This document shows, piece by piece, positions 19,090 through 29,531 of a stretch of DNA of 64,000 nt. The notes below the pieces were generated by a model. It was given only the letters and a program-made list of their open reading frames with translations. It was not told the DNA's origin and ran no database searches. Made by a program: the position numbers and the translations under genes. The stretch covers positions 2,084-66,083 of the forward strand of contig NZED01000032.1 in the NCBI GenBank assembly GCA_002690325.1, in the 5' to 3' direction. The DNA is from Synechococcus sp. ARS1019 (lineage in GTDB: Bacteria > Cyanobacteriota > Cyanobacteriia > PCC-6307 > Cyanobiaceae). How positions within the stretch are numbered: the stretch's first letter is position 1; every line of letters begins with the position of its first letter.

Positions 19090-20739
19090 TCAGGCAGCTG
19101 CCAGTGGGTTCAGTCGTTGCAACAGGCCCCCGGCCAGACGGGCCGGGTCGAAACGACGACCAACAAGGCTCAACAGTGCTCTGAGGTCATCAACGTGCAG
19201 ACGGTCGTCGCGAATCAATGTCATCAGAAGTCTGCTGCGCAGATCGGACCCATCCCGACTCAGCAGGAGGCGCAATCCAGCTCCTGCTACTGGGAGTAGT
19301 GCTGCCGTGGGAGCAGCCTGGTCTTGACCGATGACATCGAGAAGGTTCTCGAGCCGGTCGGTTCTCAGTCGGCCGTTGTCGTCAAAGATGACTTCGAGCA
19401 GTTTGTCGCGCATTTCGCTGGTGTCTCCCGCTAGGAGGCGTCGCGCAACATAGGGATAGGCCACGGCGATGATTCTGAATTCAGGATCGAGCCTCAGAGC
19501 CAAACCTTCCTGACTCACAACGGCACGAATGATGAGGGCAAATCGTGCCGGGACGCGGAAGGGGTAGTCGAACATCAACTCGGAGAAGCGGTCGGTGATC
19601 GCTTTGAAGTTGAAGGATCCAACGGAATCACCAAGACTTCCTCCGAGCACATCCTCAAGAGCTGGGGTGATCAGGGATAGATCTGCCGTTGGGCTGAGGA
19701 AGCCCAGATCTTGAAAATCTTGGGCGAGAGCATTGAAATCGCGATTGATCAGATGGACGACAGCACCGGTCAGGATCAGTCGATCGCTGTCGCTGATCGA
19801 ATCCATCATCCCGAAGTCGACGTAGCCGACGCGACCGAGCTCGCCACTACGACCCTCGAGGGCAAAGAGGTTGCCAGGGTGTGGATCGGCATGGAAATAG
19901 CCGAATTCAAGGAGTTGCTGCAGACCGCAAATCACACCGGTGCGAATCAGTGCTGCTGGATCCAGGTTGAGTGATTCCAGTTCTGCGCTGTCGCGCATCT
20001 TTGCTCCATCGATCCACGTTGTGGTCAACACACGTCTGGAGCTGAGCATGCGTTCCACCCTCGGAACAACAACCGCTGGGTTGTCGGCAAACAGTGTCGA
20101 AAAGCGCTCTGCGTTACGTGCCTCTTGCTCGTAATCAATTTCTTCGAACAGGCTGCGGCCGAATTCATCGATAATTTCCCCAAGGCCAAACCCCAGATTC
20201 AGCGGCAGCAGTGGAGCACTGACTACACCCAACAGTCGGATCAAAACAAGATCACGCCGCAGGATGAAGTCCAGGTTCGGCCGTTGCACTTTGACGGCCA
20301 CCCAGGCATTGCCTTCAAGCCGAGCCTTGTAGACCTGGCCCAAACTGGCTGCCGCCATGGGTGCAGAGGGAAACTCCGCAAACAAGTCCTGCACGGAGGC
20401 CCCCAATTCTGTTTCGATGCGTGTGAGCGCAACGTCATGGGGGAAGGCCGGGAGATCGTCCTGAAGACGAGTGAGTTCCTCTAACCAATCGCGTCGAACA
20501 AGGTCTGGTCGTGTTGAGAGCGCCTGCCCGACTTTGATAAAGCAGGGCCCCAGATTGGTCAGCGTCGTCAGGATGCGACGGGCCAACTTTTGTTGAACCT
20601 CTGGATTCGGGCTGCCGCCACGAATCAGCAACACCAGCACTAAACCGATCAAGCTCCAGAGGACTTGAATCAGCCGCGGCAGAGCAATCCATGGTCGCAA
20701 CAGCAACCAGACCAGATCACGCCCTGGGCTGTAGCGCAT
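19090..20739 (-). CDS. ABC1/AarF/UbiB family atypical kinase
   Basis: LGPCFIKVGQALSTRPD, AASLGQVYKA, VAVKVQRP, FHADPHPGN, DFGMM. Confidence 0.95.
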   Translation of the reverse strand: MRYSPGRDLVWLLLRPWIALPRLIQVLWSLIGLVLVLLIRGGSPNPEVQQKLARRILTTLTNLGPCFIKVGQALSTRPDLVRRDWLEELTRLQDDLPAFPHDVALTRIETELGASVQDLFAEFPSAPMAAASLGQVYKARLEGNAWVAVKVQRPNLDFILRRDLVLIRLLGVVSAPLLPLNLGFGLGEIIDEFGRSLFEEIDYEQEARNAERFSTLFADNPAVVVPRVERMLSSRRVLTTTWIDGAKMRDSAELESLNLDPAALIRTGVICGLQQLLEFGYFHADPHPGNLFALEGRSGELGRVGYVDFGMMDSISDSDRLILTGAVVHLINRDFNALAQDFQDLGFLSPTADLSLITPALEDVLGGSLGDSVGSFNFKAITDRFSELMFDYPFRVPARFALIIRAVVSQEGLALRLDPEFRIIAVAYPYVARRLLAGDTSEMRDKLLEVIFDDNGRLRTDRLENLLDVIGQDQAAPTAALLPVAGAGLRLLLSRDGSDLRSRLLMTLIRDDRLHVDDLRALLSLVGRRFDPARLAGGLLQRLNPLAAA

Positions 20740-20787
20740 TGTCTCTGACGTTGAAGTTCATGACTTTAAGGAGAATCGCGGGTAGCC

Positions 20788-22212
20788 ATGGCTTTGCTTC
20801 CTGTTCTTCGTCAACGCCTAGGCCGTTCGTTCTTTTTGCCGGCCCATGGACGGGGCCGAGCGTTGCCCGCTGACTTGAGACGCCTGTTGCGTCAACGAGC
20901 TGGGATCTGGGATTTGCCAGAACTTCCCCAGGTTGGTGGGCCGTTGGAGAGTGAGGGGGCTGTGGCAGAGAGTCAGCGGAGGTCCGCTGACGCCATGGGA
21001 GCGCGGCGCGCTTGGTACGGCGTTAATGGTGCGACCGGTTTGCTCCAGGCGTCGTTGCTGGCTCTTGCAGCCCCTGGGCAAGCGGTTTTGATGCCACGCA
21101 ATGTGCACCGCAGCTTGATTCAGGCCTGTGTCCTTGGTGATGTCACGCCGGTGCTGTTTGACCTCCCGTTTCAAAGCGATCGAGGTCAGCCTGCTCCCCC
21201 AGATCGTCTTTGGTTGGAGAGGGTTGTTCAGGCCACTGCTGCATCGGGTCGAACGATTGCCGCGGCGGTGCTACTGCACCCCACCTACCAGGGGTATGCC
21301 AGTGATCTGGTTCCTCTCGTCCAACTGCTGCAGCAACAGGGATGGCCTGTGCTTGTGGATGAAGCCCATGGCAGTCATTTCGCCGTTGACGTTGATGAAC
21401 AGCTGCCTGTTTCGGCCTTGAGCGCCGGTGCGGATCTGGTGGTTCACTCGTTGCAGAAATCTTCCACGGGCTTGGCCCAAACCGCTGTGCTCTGGCTCCA
21501 GGGCAATCGTGTTGACCCTGATCAAGTTCAACGATCCTTGGGGTGGCTGCAGACCACCAGTCCCAGTGCTCTGTTGTTGGCGTCCTGTGAAGCATCGCTA
21601 CGGGAGTGGCGCTCATCGCGAGGTCGCGATCGTTTAAGACGGCGATTGCTTGAGGCCAGAGCATTGGCCTCAGAGTTGCGGGAGCAGGGTGTGCCATTGC
21701 TGCCGACCCAGGATCCATTGCGGTTGGTCCTCAACACGGCTGCGCAGGGCGTCAGTGGGCTTGAAGCTGATGCCTGGTTGCTGCCCCGTGGTTGGTTGGC
21801 TGAGCTCCCCGAACCAGCCACGCTCACCTTTTGCCTCGGTTTGGTGCGTCACCGTGGCTTGGCTCGTGCGTTTGCTCGCATGTGGAGCCAACTCATGGCG
21901 GCCCATCCAGGTCGAGATGCGTTCCCCACGTTTGAGCCCCCGCCGTTGCCGCTCGTGGCTTGCCCGGAGATGGCTCTATCCAAGGCCTGGCGTGCTCCAT
22001 CAGTGAGGGTTCCGTTGGCGGAGGCCAACGGTGCGATCAGTGCTGAGCTTGTTTGTCCCTATCCACCGGGGATTCCCTTGCTCATTCCTGGAGAGCGCTT
22101 GGATCAACCTCGATTGGCGTGGCTGCAACGCCAGCGGTTGTTTTGGGGTGAGCAATGTCCACATGGTGTGCGTTTGGTTGATACCAGCGGTTCAATGCGG
22201 GATGAGCGCTGA
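20788..22212 (+). CDS. Orn/Lys/Arg decarboxylase family (PLP-dependent)
   Basis: PAHGRG, VNGATG, PRNVHRS, VDEAHGSH, HSLQK (PLP Lys), QTTSPS, CPYPPGIP. Confidence 0.9.
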   Translation: MALLPVLRQRLGRSFFLPAHGRGRALPADLRRLLRQRAGIWDLPELPQVGGPLESEGAVAESQRRSADAMGARRAWYGVNGATGLLQASLLALAAPGQAVLMPRNVHRSLIQACVLGDVTPVLFDLPFQSDRGQPAPPDRLWLERVVQATAASGRTIAAAVLLHPTYQGYASDLVPLVQLLQQQGWPVLVDEAHGSHFAVDVDEQLPVSALSAGADLVVHSLQKSSTGLAQTAVLWLQGNRVDPDQVQRSLGWLQTTSPSALLLASCEASLREWRSSRGRDRLRRRLLEARALASELREQGVPLLPTQDPLRLVLNTAAQGVSGLEADAWLLPRGWLAELPEPATLTFCLGLVRHRGLARAFARMWSQLMAAHPGRDAFPTFEPPPLPLVACPEMALSKAWRAPSVRVPLAEANGAISAELVCPYPPGIPLLIPGERLDQPRLAWLQRQRLFWGEQCPHGVRLVDTSGSMRDER

Positions 22213-22215
22213 TCA

Positions 22216-22674
22216 ATGGATATGGGCTTGGTTGTGTTGTTGCTGCTGGGTTGGGTTGAACCAGCGCTGGCGAGTCCATCTGCGGAGGAGTTTCTGGTCG
22301 AGCAGGGCACTGATCTGCCGTTGCCTGTTCTGACTCCTCCAGCAGCACCAGCCCGACAACTCGCTGTGTTGAAGCCTCAGATCCACGGTGCTGCCAGTTG
22401 GTATGGACCCGGTTTTTACGGTCGCCGGACGGCCAGTGGGGAAACCTTTCGGCCAGGGACGTTGACCGCTGCCCATCGCACGCTTCCGTTTGGTACCCGC
22501 GTGAGGGTCACGAACTTGGATAACGGCAAGTCTGTGGTGGTGCGGATCAACGATCGTGGACCTTTTCGACGTCATCGGATGATCGATCTGGCCCATGGCG
22601 CGGCTACAGCGTTGGAGATGACGCTGGCCGGTGAAGTGCCGGTGGCGCTGGAAATTTTGGATTCAAGCAATTGA
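22216..22674 (+). CDS. rlpA: RlpA-family lytic transglycosylase (DPBB domain)
   Basis: GAASWYGPGFYGRRTASGE, TAAHRTLPFGT, RINDRGPF, IDLA. Confidence 0.9.
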   Translation: MDMGLVVLLLLGWVEPALASPSAEEFLVEQGTDLPLPVLTPPAAPARQLAVLKPQIHGAASWYGPGFYGRRTASGETFRPGTLTAAHRTLPFGTRVRVTNLDNGKSVVVRINDRGPFRRHRMIDLAHGAATALEMTLAGEVPVALEILDSSN

Positions 22675-22714
22675 TAGTCTGCAGTGATTGGTCATTGGGA
22701 CCTCAATCCGGTGA

Positions 22715-23647
22715 ATGGTGATCGGCGAGGCTCTCTCCACGACCCCTGCTGATCGGAATCGACGGTCCGGATCGTTGAGAACTCGTGTCGTCAGTGGTTT
22801 GGCGGCCGGTGGTTTTGGGTTGGTTGTCGTCGGCCTCGGTGGCTGGTGGTTCACCGTTGCTGTGGGTGTGATCGTCCATCTGGGGCTGCTGGAGTTTTTC
22901 CGGATGGCTCAGTTCAAGGGCATCAGACCCGCGACGAAGACCACGTTGGTGGCCTGTCAGTTGTTGTTGCTCTCCACCCAATGGGGTGTACACGGTGGTT
23001 TACCCGCTGTGATGTCTGCAGCCGTGCTGCCTTTGGCTGGCGCCTCGATTTGTGGCTGGTTGTTGCTTCAACCGCTCACCGGATCCATCGCTGACATTGC
23101 TGCGTCCATTTTCGGCCTGTTTTATCTGGGTTTTCTGCCCAGCCATTGGTTGCAACTGCGCAACTTGGATGCTCCTCAGCTCGCGCCTTCGTTGTCGGCC
23201 TTACCGCCGGAGTGGGCGTGGCTCACCAGCGGACTCGCGCTCACACTGTCAGCTTGTCTGATGATTGTGGCGAGTGATATCGGTTCTTGGGCTGTGGGAC
23301 GACGCATTGGCCGTCGTCCTTTGTCGCCGATCTCACCAGGAAAAACCTTGGAAGGAGCGATCGGAGGAGTTGTGGCCTCCATGCTGGTGGGTTTGTTGAG
23401 TGCCCTTCTACTGGGTTGGCCTGGATTCGGTTTGCCCGGACTCTTGATCGGTGCACTGGTGGCGTTGATCGCTCTCGTCGGAGACCTGACGGAATCGATG
23501 ATGAAGCGAGATGCTGGTGTGAAGGATTCGGGAGATGTGCTGCCGGGTCATGGCGGGATCCTCGATCGGATCGACAGCTATCTGTTCACCCCCGCCGTGA
23601 TCTATTACCTCGTTGCCTTGGTTCTTCCGTTGTTTTCGACCCCTTGA
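22715..23647 (+). CDS. cdsA: Phosphatidate cytidylyltransferase
   Basis: ISPGKTLEG, GDLTESMMKRDAGVKDSGDVLPGHGGILDRIDS; multiple TM segments. Confidence 0.96.
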   Translation: MVIGEALSTTPADRNRRSGSLRTRVVSGLAAGGFGLVVVGLGGWWFTVAVGVIVHLGLLEFFRMAQFKGIRPATKTTLVACQLLLLSTQWGVHGGLPAVMSAAVLPLAGASICGWLLLQPLTGSIADIAASIFGLFYLGFLPSHWLQLRNLDAPQLAPSLSALPPEWAWLTSGLALTLSACLMIVASDIGSWAVGRRIGRRPLSPISPGKTLEGAIGGVVASMLVGLLSALLLGWPGFGLPGLLIGALVALIALVGDLTESMMKRDAGVKDSGDVLPGHGGILDRIDSYLFTPAVIYYLVALVLPLFSTP

Positions 23648-23663
23648 TCACCGCAGAGATGGG

Positions 23664-24287
23664 TCACTCAGGTGTGACCTGAGCGTGCCCAAGAAGAACG
23701 AGTCGTCCAGCGGAGAGCGTCGCTTCCTCAACTGTGATGTTGTCGTCCATGGGAAGAGCTGTGGAAAGTTCTTGCTCGTCTTCGGATTGAAAGACCACCG
23801 TGCCTTCAGAGGCGGCCAATTGAAAATGACGCTGTAAGGGAGTTTGTGTTCCCGAAATCGGTGCACAGAGCTCCAGGGTGTTGCCTTTAATCCGCAAGCC
23901 ACCCAAGGGTGTAACGCCTATCAGTTGTTCAGCGAGCCAGTCCCCCAGCCAATTCCAGGGAGGTACGAGAAGGGCTTGATTGAGCGCCACTCCCAGGAAC
24001 GTGACCGAACCCGACACTTTGAAGGGATGTTGGAGCGCCAGCATCCGGCCGGGCTTGAGCACTTGAAGATCCACAACGATGGCTTCGCTGTGCAGCTCGA
24101 CATGGTGCAAAGGAAGACCCTGAAAACGAACATCCTTTGCGGTCAGATGCACACCAGCCAACCGTCCAGAGAGCAGTCCAAGACCGGTGCCCTGCAGTTC
24201 GATCTCAAGGCCGCTGATCTCTTCACAACGGCTGCGCAGCCAGAGTTTGAGTCCGCCGCTGATGAGTTTGAGCAGTGGATCACTCAT
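23664..24287 (-). CDS. DUF2993/LmeA-like protein
   Basis: LKLWLRSRC...LLSGRLAGV pattern of cyanobacterial DUF2993 proteins; ATGA overlap with the upstream hydrolase. Confidence 0.7.
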   Translation of the reverse strand: MSDPLLKLISGGLKLWLRSRCEEISGLEIELQGTGLGLLSGRLAGVHLTAKDVRFQGLPLHHVELHSEAIVVDLQVLKPGRMLALQHPFKVSGSVTFLGVALNQALLVPPWNWLGDWLAEQLIGVTPLGGLRIKGNTLELCAPISGTQTPLQRHFQLAASEGTVVFQSEDEQELSTALPMDDNITVEEATLSAGRLVLLGHAQVTPE

Positions 24288-25147
24288 GGGGCCAGAAGGG
24301 TCAGACAACGTTGGGCCACCTGTTCAGGTTGGTCTAAGTGAGGGAGATGGCCGCAGGATTCGAGTGTTTCCACTGGATTGACGAGCAGCTTGGCGGCTTG
24401 CTCTTTGAGCCTTGGCTGAAGGATGCGGTCGTTGGCTCCCCACATCGCGTGAAGAGGTTGGTCCGGAAGAGGATGTCCACTGCCGCCAAAGCCACCGGTT
24501 CTGGCAAAGGCGGCGAGGGCATCGGCCCAGCCGGGACATTGCAAATGCAGGGATGCGATCTGTTCTTCTGCTGGTCCGACGCTGGCCTTGGGGTCGGCAA
24601 AGGCTTGTTTGCACAGACCTTTGCGCACCCCAGGGCGTGACAAGAACCACACACCTAAACGGTCCAATACGGGCGGAAGCGGCATGGATCGACCGGTGAG
24701 TCCAGCAGGAGCCAGCAGCATGAGGGCACGAACGCGGGACTGTGAACGTCTCGCCAGTTCGACAGCAACGGCCCCTCCCATGGAGGCACCAATGACGCCA
24801 ACCGGCTCCTGCGAATCGAGGGTCTCTAGGACGGCATCAAGGTGATCCAAGATCGCTATAGGTCCGTAGGACACCCCAGCAGGTCGTGGTGAAAATCCAA
24901 ACCCAAACAGGTCCGGGATGATCAAGCGGAAGTGGTCGCTGAGAAGAGGGGTCAGTCGCCGGAATTCCAGAAAACTGCTGTCAAACCCATGCAACAGAAC
25001 CAGAGGCGGGCCCTGACCCAACATTGCAATCGGGAAGGGCTGATCAACGTTCAATCCTTTGAGATGCAGCCACTGCACGGAGTTGGCCAAGCTCCGAGCC
25101 TGAGGATCCAGGATGTCTGAAAGCAGGCCGTCAAGCAGTTCTTTCAA
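24284..25147 (-). CDS. Alpha/beta fold hydrolase
   Basis: LLHGFDSS, PDLFGFG, GASMGG nucleophile elbow, WGAND, CGHLPH. Confidence 0.92.
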   Translation of the reverse strand: MKELLDGLLSDILDPQARSLANSVQWLHLKGLNVDQPFPIAMLGQGPPLVLLHGFDSSFLEFRRLTPLLSDHFRLIIPDLFGFGFSPRPAGVSYGPIAILDHLDAVLETLDSQEPVGVIGASMGGAVAVELARRSQSRVRALMLLAPAGLTGRSMPLPPVLDRLGVWFLSRPGVRKGLCKQAFADPKASVGPAEEQIASLHLQCPGWADALAAFARTGGFGGSGHPLPDQPLHAMWGANDRILQPRLKEQAAKLLVNPVETLESCGHLPHLDQPEQVAQRCLTLLAP

Positions 25148-26262
25148 GGTCGGTTTGACGTTGCTGGAATCACTTCACCAGCACCAACGAGAGCTTCGAG
25201 GAGTGCTCCGGCGGTGACATCGAAGGGGAGATGATGCAAATCAGAACCATCACGACAGGCAAAGGCGCACACCCGTTGAAGGTCGCTCAGGCTTGCGGAG
25301 GCCAACCCGAGATCATCCAGCGTGACCGGTAGATCCAGCTCGCGAAGGAACGGTAAGAGCTGGCGATGGGCTTGCCCGGCAAGACGATTGCCCCCTAATC
25401 GTTCTTCGAGGCGGAGTTGAACCAGGATGCCGAATCCAACTTTTTCGCCATGAAGGACTCCATGGCAAGCTTCAAGTTGTGTCAGACCGTTGTGAACTGC
25501 ATGGGCTGCGACGGTTCTGCAGCGGGCTCCACCGAGGCCACCCATCACGCCTGCGGTTAGACCACAGGCTTCGGCAACCCGGCACCACGCATCGCTGCTG
25601 GGATCTTGAAATGCTTCTCGGCTGTCGAGCAGCAACTGATCGCGTAAAACACGGGCCATCTGCACAGCTTGCTGAACCATTCCGTCTGAGCTGTCTCGAC
25701 TGCTGACGGATGCTTCGTACCACTTCGCTAAAGCATCAGCGATGCCGCTAGCGAGTGTCCTCTGGGGAGCCTGGCGAATCAGGCCATGGTCGAAGACCAG
25801 TAGATCGGGGCAGCGTGCGAGGGCTACATCGCCTTGAAAAGCGCCATCGGCGGAATAAATATTCGACAACGCCGTCCAACCAGCACAGGTGGCCGCACTC
25901 AACGGAACGGTGATGCATGGCAACCCGAGCCGGTCGGCCAATAGTTTTCCTGCATCAAGAACTTTGCCTCCTCCTGCAGCAACGATGGAATCGCTGCCAT
26001 TGGCGGTGACTTCATCAGCAAGTCGCTGAAGATCGTCTTCGCAGCAATCGTGTTTGAGCTCGATCCCTAAAGGAAGAAGGCCTCCCCTGGACAGGTCGGC
26101 CTGAAGTTGAGCACGGAGTTGCCGGGTCGCAGCACTTCGACCCAATACAGCTGGTTTTTGGCCAAGAGAAGCGATCTGAGGCTGAGCTTCGTCCCAGGCT
26201 CCATCCCCCCGCAAAACAACTGCGGGGGCAATGGAATGGGTGGACAGGGGAGATCCCATCAA
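25144..26262 (-). CDS. gldA: Glycerol dehydrogenase-like / iron-containing alcohol dehydrogenase family
   Basis: [39 protein letters not shown]. Confidence 0.85.
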   Translation of the reverse strand: MMGSPLSTHSIAPAVVLRGDGAWDEAQPQIASLGQKPAVLGRSAATRQLRAQLQADLSRGGLLPLGIELKHDCCEDDLQRLADEVTANGSDSIVAAGGGKVLDAGKLLADRLGLPCITVPLSAATCAGWTALSNIYSADGAFQGDVALARCPDLLVFDHGLIRQAPQRTLASGIADALAKWYEASVSSRDSSDGMVQQAVQMARVLRDQLLLDSREAFQDPSSDAWCRVAEACGLTAGVMGGLGGARCRTVAAHAVHNGLTQLEACHGVLHGEKVGFGILVQLRLEERLGGNRLAGQAHRQLLPFLRELDLPVTLDDLGLASASLSDLQRVCAFACRDGSDLHHLPFDVTAGALLEALVGAGEVIPATSNRP

Positions 26263-28844
26263 AGACCGGCGGTCGCCAATTGTGGTGCTGTTGTTCCAGC
26301 TTGACCTTGATGGCGAACGACGACCTTTTTGTTGTCGTCGACATCCACTTCAGCGTGGTCACCGTCTTTGATCCTGCCGGAGAGAACTTCCTCAGCCAGT
26401 GAATCTTCCAGCAGGCGCATGACAGCTCGACGCAGTGGTCTGGCTCCATAGGCGGGGTTATAGCCCTCCTCAACCAAACGCTCTTTGAACGCTTCGGAAA
26501 CGGTGAGGGTGATGCCCTTTTCGGCCATCCGTCCAAACACCTCCTTCAACATGATGTCGGCGATCAACTTGACCTCATCGCGGTTCAATTGGCGGAACAC
26601 GATGATTTCGTCGAGACGGTTGAGGAATTCAGGACGGAAGTACTGCTTCAGTTCCTCATTCACGAGGGAACGAATGCGGGTGTACTGACTTTCCTCTTCA
26701 CTTTCCCCGGAGAATTCAAAACCAAGGCCACCGCCGCCTTTCTCGATCACTTTGGAACCGATATTGGAGGTCATAATGACCAAGGTGTTTTTGAAATCAA
26801 CGGTTCTACCTTTGGAGTCGGTCAGTCGCCCGTCTTCAAGCAGTTGCAGCAGAAGGTTGAACACATCGGGGTGTGCTTTTTCAATTTCATCAAAGAGCAC
26901 AACTGTGTAAGGACGGCGTCGTACAGCTTCAGTGAGCTGACCTCCCTCGTTGAAGCCGACATAACCCGGAGGCGAACCGATCAGTTTGCTGACCGTGTGG
27001 CGCTCCATGAATTCGGACATGTCCAGACGGATCATGGCCTCTTCGCTACCAAAGAAGTACGTCGCTAGAGCTTTGGTGAGCTCGGTTTTGCCGACTCCGG
27101 TGGGTCCTGAGAAAATGAAGCTTGCAATTGGTCGGTTTGGATTTTTGAGACCAACCCGGGCCCGACGAATGGCTTTTGAGACAGCCTTCACGGCTTCGTC
27201 CTGACCAATCAGACGCTGGTGGAGGGTCTCCTCCATGTTCAGCAGCTTGACGGACTCACTTTCTGTGAGCTTCTGGACAGGGACGCCGGTCCAAGAGGCA
27301 ACGATCTGGGCAATGTCTTCTTCATCCACAACGGGGCTGCTGGCTTCAGCAGTCGTGGCGGAAGGAGCGGTCACAGTCGACGCTGCTTCGGTGGAGGCCT
27401 CAGCGGACGCTTCGGGTTCAGCCTGAGCGTTTTCTCCGGTCGTCGCTGCTTCTCCGCGGGCGTTTTGCAGGAGGCTGCGAATCTGCTCGCGCAGCTCCAC
27501 TTCCTTCTCCCGCAGTTCACCAGCTTTGGTGAAGTCCTGTTCCCGAACGGCTTCCTCTTTGTCTTTCTGAACAGCCCTCAATTCCTTGTCAACGTCTTTG
27601 GCTGCAGGAGGGAGCTTGGAGTTCAACAAACGAACGCGGCTGCCGGCCTCGTCGATGAGGTCGATGGCCTTGTCGGGTAAGAAACGGTCGGAGATGTAGC
27701 GATCCCCCAAGGTGGCCGCGGCGACCAAGGCCTCGTCGGTGATCTTCAGACGGTGATGCTGCTCGTAGCGCTCACGCAGACCCCGCAGGATCTCGATGGT
27801 GTCATCGATCGAGGGCTCCCCGACCGTGACGGGCTGGAACCGGCGTTCCAAAGCGGCATCCCGTTCGATGTGTTTTCGGTATTCGTCCAGTGTTGTGGCG
27901 CCAATGCACTGCAATTCACCCCGAGCAAGAGCTGGCTTAAGGATGTTGGCTGCGTCAATCGCCCCTTCAGCAGCGCCGGCGCCGATCAAGGTGTGGACCT
28001 CGTCGATGACGAGGATGACATTTCCAGCCGCCTTGATCTCCTCCATGATCTTTTTAAGGCGCTCCTCAAATTCACCGCGATACTTCGTTCCAGCGACCAA
28101 CAGGCCGATGTCGAGGGTGAGAACGCGCTTGTCTTCGAGAATGTCAGGAATGTCGCCCTGCTGAATCCGTTGAGCCAGGCCTTCGGCGATGGCAGTTTTG
28201 CCAACACCGGGTTCGCCAATCAGTACGGGATTGTTTTTGGTTCTACGACCAAGGATCTGGATCACACGATCAATCTCGTTGTGACGTCCGACCACAGGGT
28301 CCAATTTCGCCTCTGTGGCTAACTGAGTGAGATTGCTGCCGAACTCATCCAGCGTTGGAGTTTTGGTTGAACCCTTACTTCCGCCACCGCCACCTGCGGT
28401 GACTTCAGCGGTTTCGCCAAGCATGCGAATCACTTGTGTGCGCACTTTGGCCAGGTCAACGCCGAGGTTCTCAAGAACCCGAGCGGCGACGCCTTCCCCT
28501 TCTCGAATCAGACCCAGCAGAAGGTGCTCGGTACCGATGTAGTTGTGTCCGAGTTGGCGTGCTTCCTCAAGGGAAAGCTCCAACACGCGTTTGGCTCTTG
28601 GTGTGAAAGGAATTTCAACCGCTACGAAACCAGAGCCACGTCCGATGATTTTCTCAACCTCTACCCGAGCGTCCTTGAGATTGACGCCCATCGATTTCAG
28701 GACTTTGGCTGCGACGCCGGTGCCCTCGCCGATCAGACCCAAAAGGATCTGTTCAGTTCCGACAAAGTTGTGCCCCAGGCGTCTCGCCTCTTCCTGGGCC
28801 AGCATGATCACCTTGATGGCCTTCTCTGTAAAACGCTCGAACAT
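26259..28844 (-). CDS. clpC: ATP-dependent Clp protease ATPase subunit ClpC
   Basis: [12 protein letters not shown] start at 28844; two Walker A motifs ([16 protein letters not shown]); LGF ClpP-docking loop. Confidence 0.98.
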   Translation of the reverse strand: MFERFTEKAIKVIMLAQEEARRLGHNFVGTEQILLGLIGEGTGVAAKVLKSMGVNLKDARVEVEKIIGRGSGFVAVEIPFTPRAKRVLELSLEEARQLGHNYIGTEHLLLGLIREGEGVAARVLENLGVDLAKVRTQVIRMLGETAEVTAGGGGGSKGSTKTPTLDEFGSNLTQLATEAKLDPVVGRHNEIDRVIQILGRRTKNNPVLIGEPGVGKTAIAEGLAQRIQQGDIPDILEDKRVLTLDIGLLVAGTKYRGEFEERLKKIMEEIKAAGNVILVIDEVHTLIGAGAAEGAIDAANILKPALARGELQCIGATTLDEYRKHIERDAALERRFQPVTVGEPSIDDTIEILRGLRERYEQHHRLKITDEALVAAATLGDRYISDRFLPDKAIDLIDEAGSRVRLLNSKLPPAAKDVDKELRAVQKDKEEAVREQDFTKAGELREKEVELREQIRSLLQNARGEAATTGENAQAEPEASAEASTEAASTVTAPSATTAEASSPVVDEEDIAQIVASWTGVPVQKLTESESVKLLNMEETLHQRLIGQDEAVKAVSKAIRRARVGLKNPNRPIASFIFSGPTGVGKTELTKALATYFFGSEEAMIRLDMSEFMERHTVSKLIGSPPGYVGFNEGGQLTEAVRRRPYTVVLFDEIEKAHPDVFNLLLQLLEDGRLTDSKGRTVDFKNTLVIMTSNIGSKVIEKGGGGLGFEFSGESEEESQYTRIRSLVNEELKQYFRPEFLNRLDEIIVFRQLNRDEVKLIADIMLKEVFGRMAEKGITLTVSEAFKERLVEEGYNPAYGARPLRRAVMRLLEDSLAEEVLSGRIKDGDHAEVDVDDNKKVVVRHQGQAGTTAPQLATAGL

Positions 28845-29017
28845 CGTTGAGGCCGATGCAATGTGACTACAAGCTATCAGGGTTGAGGGGGCAATGTGAA
28901 GTTCCTCTCGGTTCAATGACTTCCCAGTTGCAGACTGCCTTCAGGCCGATCGAAGTTGTTAATGAACGCCGTTAATTCTCCGGCTAATTGTTTTATTGGC
29001 CGGTAAACCGAACCGGC

Positions 29018-29476
29018 TTAATTGTTAGATGATTGAAGGGGTGGATGGAGCCTCAGCCACTGGATTAGGGCGTCGCGACCATCTCGGTAATACCCTTCGC
29101 GGCGACCTGCGGTGCGGAAACCCAACAGGTTGTACAAAGCTAGGGCGGATGTATTTCCTGCTGCCACGTCGAGGGTCGCGTGACTGGCATTCTCCTGTCG
29201 TGCTCGTTGCAACAGAGCACCCAGCACGGATTTGGCATGACCCTGTCGACGGTGGTCTGGATCGGTCGCTACGGCCGTGATGTGCAGTTCATCCACCACA
29301 AGCCAGCCACAGGCGATTGCCAGAAGCCCGGCGGAATCGTTGGTTAGCCCGATGCAGAGCCGACGAGGGTCCGAAAGTTCACGGCTCCATTGCTCTCTCG
29401 TCCAAAGCCCATCGAGGGCTCGATCATCGAGAACGAGGCATGCATCCAGCCAGCTGAGGTTGAGCTCGATCACCAC
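29018..29476 (-). CDS. rimI: RimI-like GNAT acetyltransferase
   Basis: ELHITAVATDPDHRRQGHA, LDVAAGN, ALALY, GRREGYY...DA. Confidence 0.85.
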   Translation of the reverse strand: MVIELNLSWLDACLVLDDRALDGLWTREQWSRELSDPRRLCIGLTNDSAGLLAIACGWLVVDELHITAVATDPDHRRQGHAKSVLGALLQRARQENASHATLDVAAGNTSALALYNLLGFRTAGRREGYYRDGRDALIQWLRLHPPLQSSNN

Positions 29477-29531
29477 ATGGAGACTGTGCAGGGGATCAAT
29501 ACCTACATTGCTGGTCGATATCGGCCTCTTC

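Noticed and set aside
27330-27465. Ala/Glu/Thr-rich low-complexity stretch in ClpC
   Set aside because: It falls in the variable linker after the M domain; ordinary length variation.
28958-28988. GTTAAT/GTTAAT/GCTAAT repeats upstream of clpC as a Pho box
   Set aside because: The periods are 13 and 12 nt, not the 11 nt expected for PhoB/SphR boxes.
28999-29017. GCCGGT/ACCGGC hairpin after rimI as an intrinsic terminator
   Set aside because: The stem is only 6 bp and there is no U-tract on the rimI strand.
29277-29531. N-terminal extensions in the ORF track for lysA (also dvr, clpC, ycf54 and the 57665 ORF)
   Set aside because: They overlap neighbouring genes or precede the recognisable family N-terminus; treated as start-calling artefacts, not fusions.
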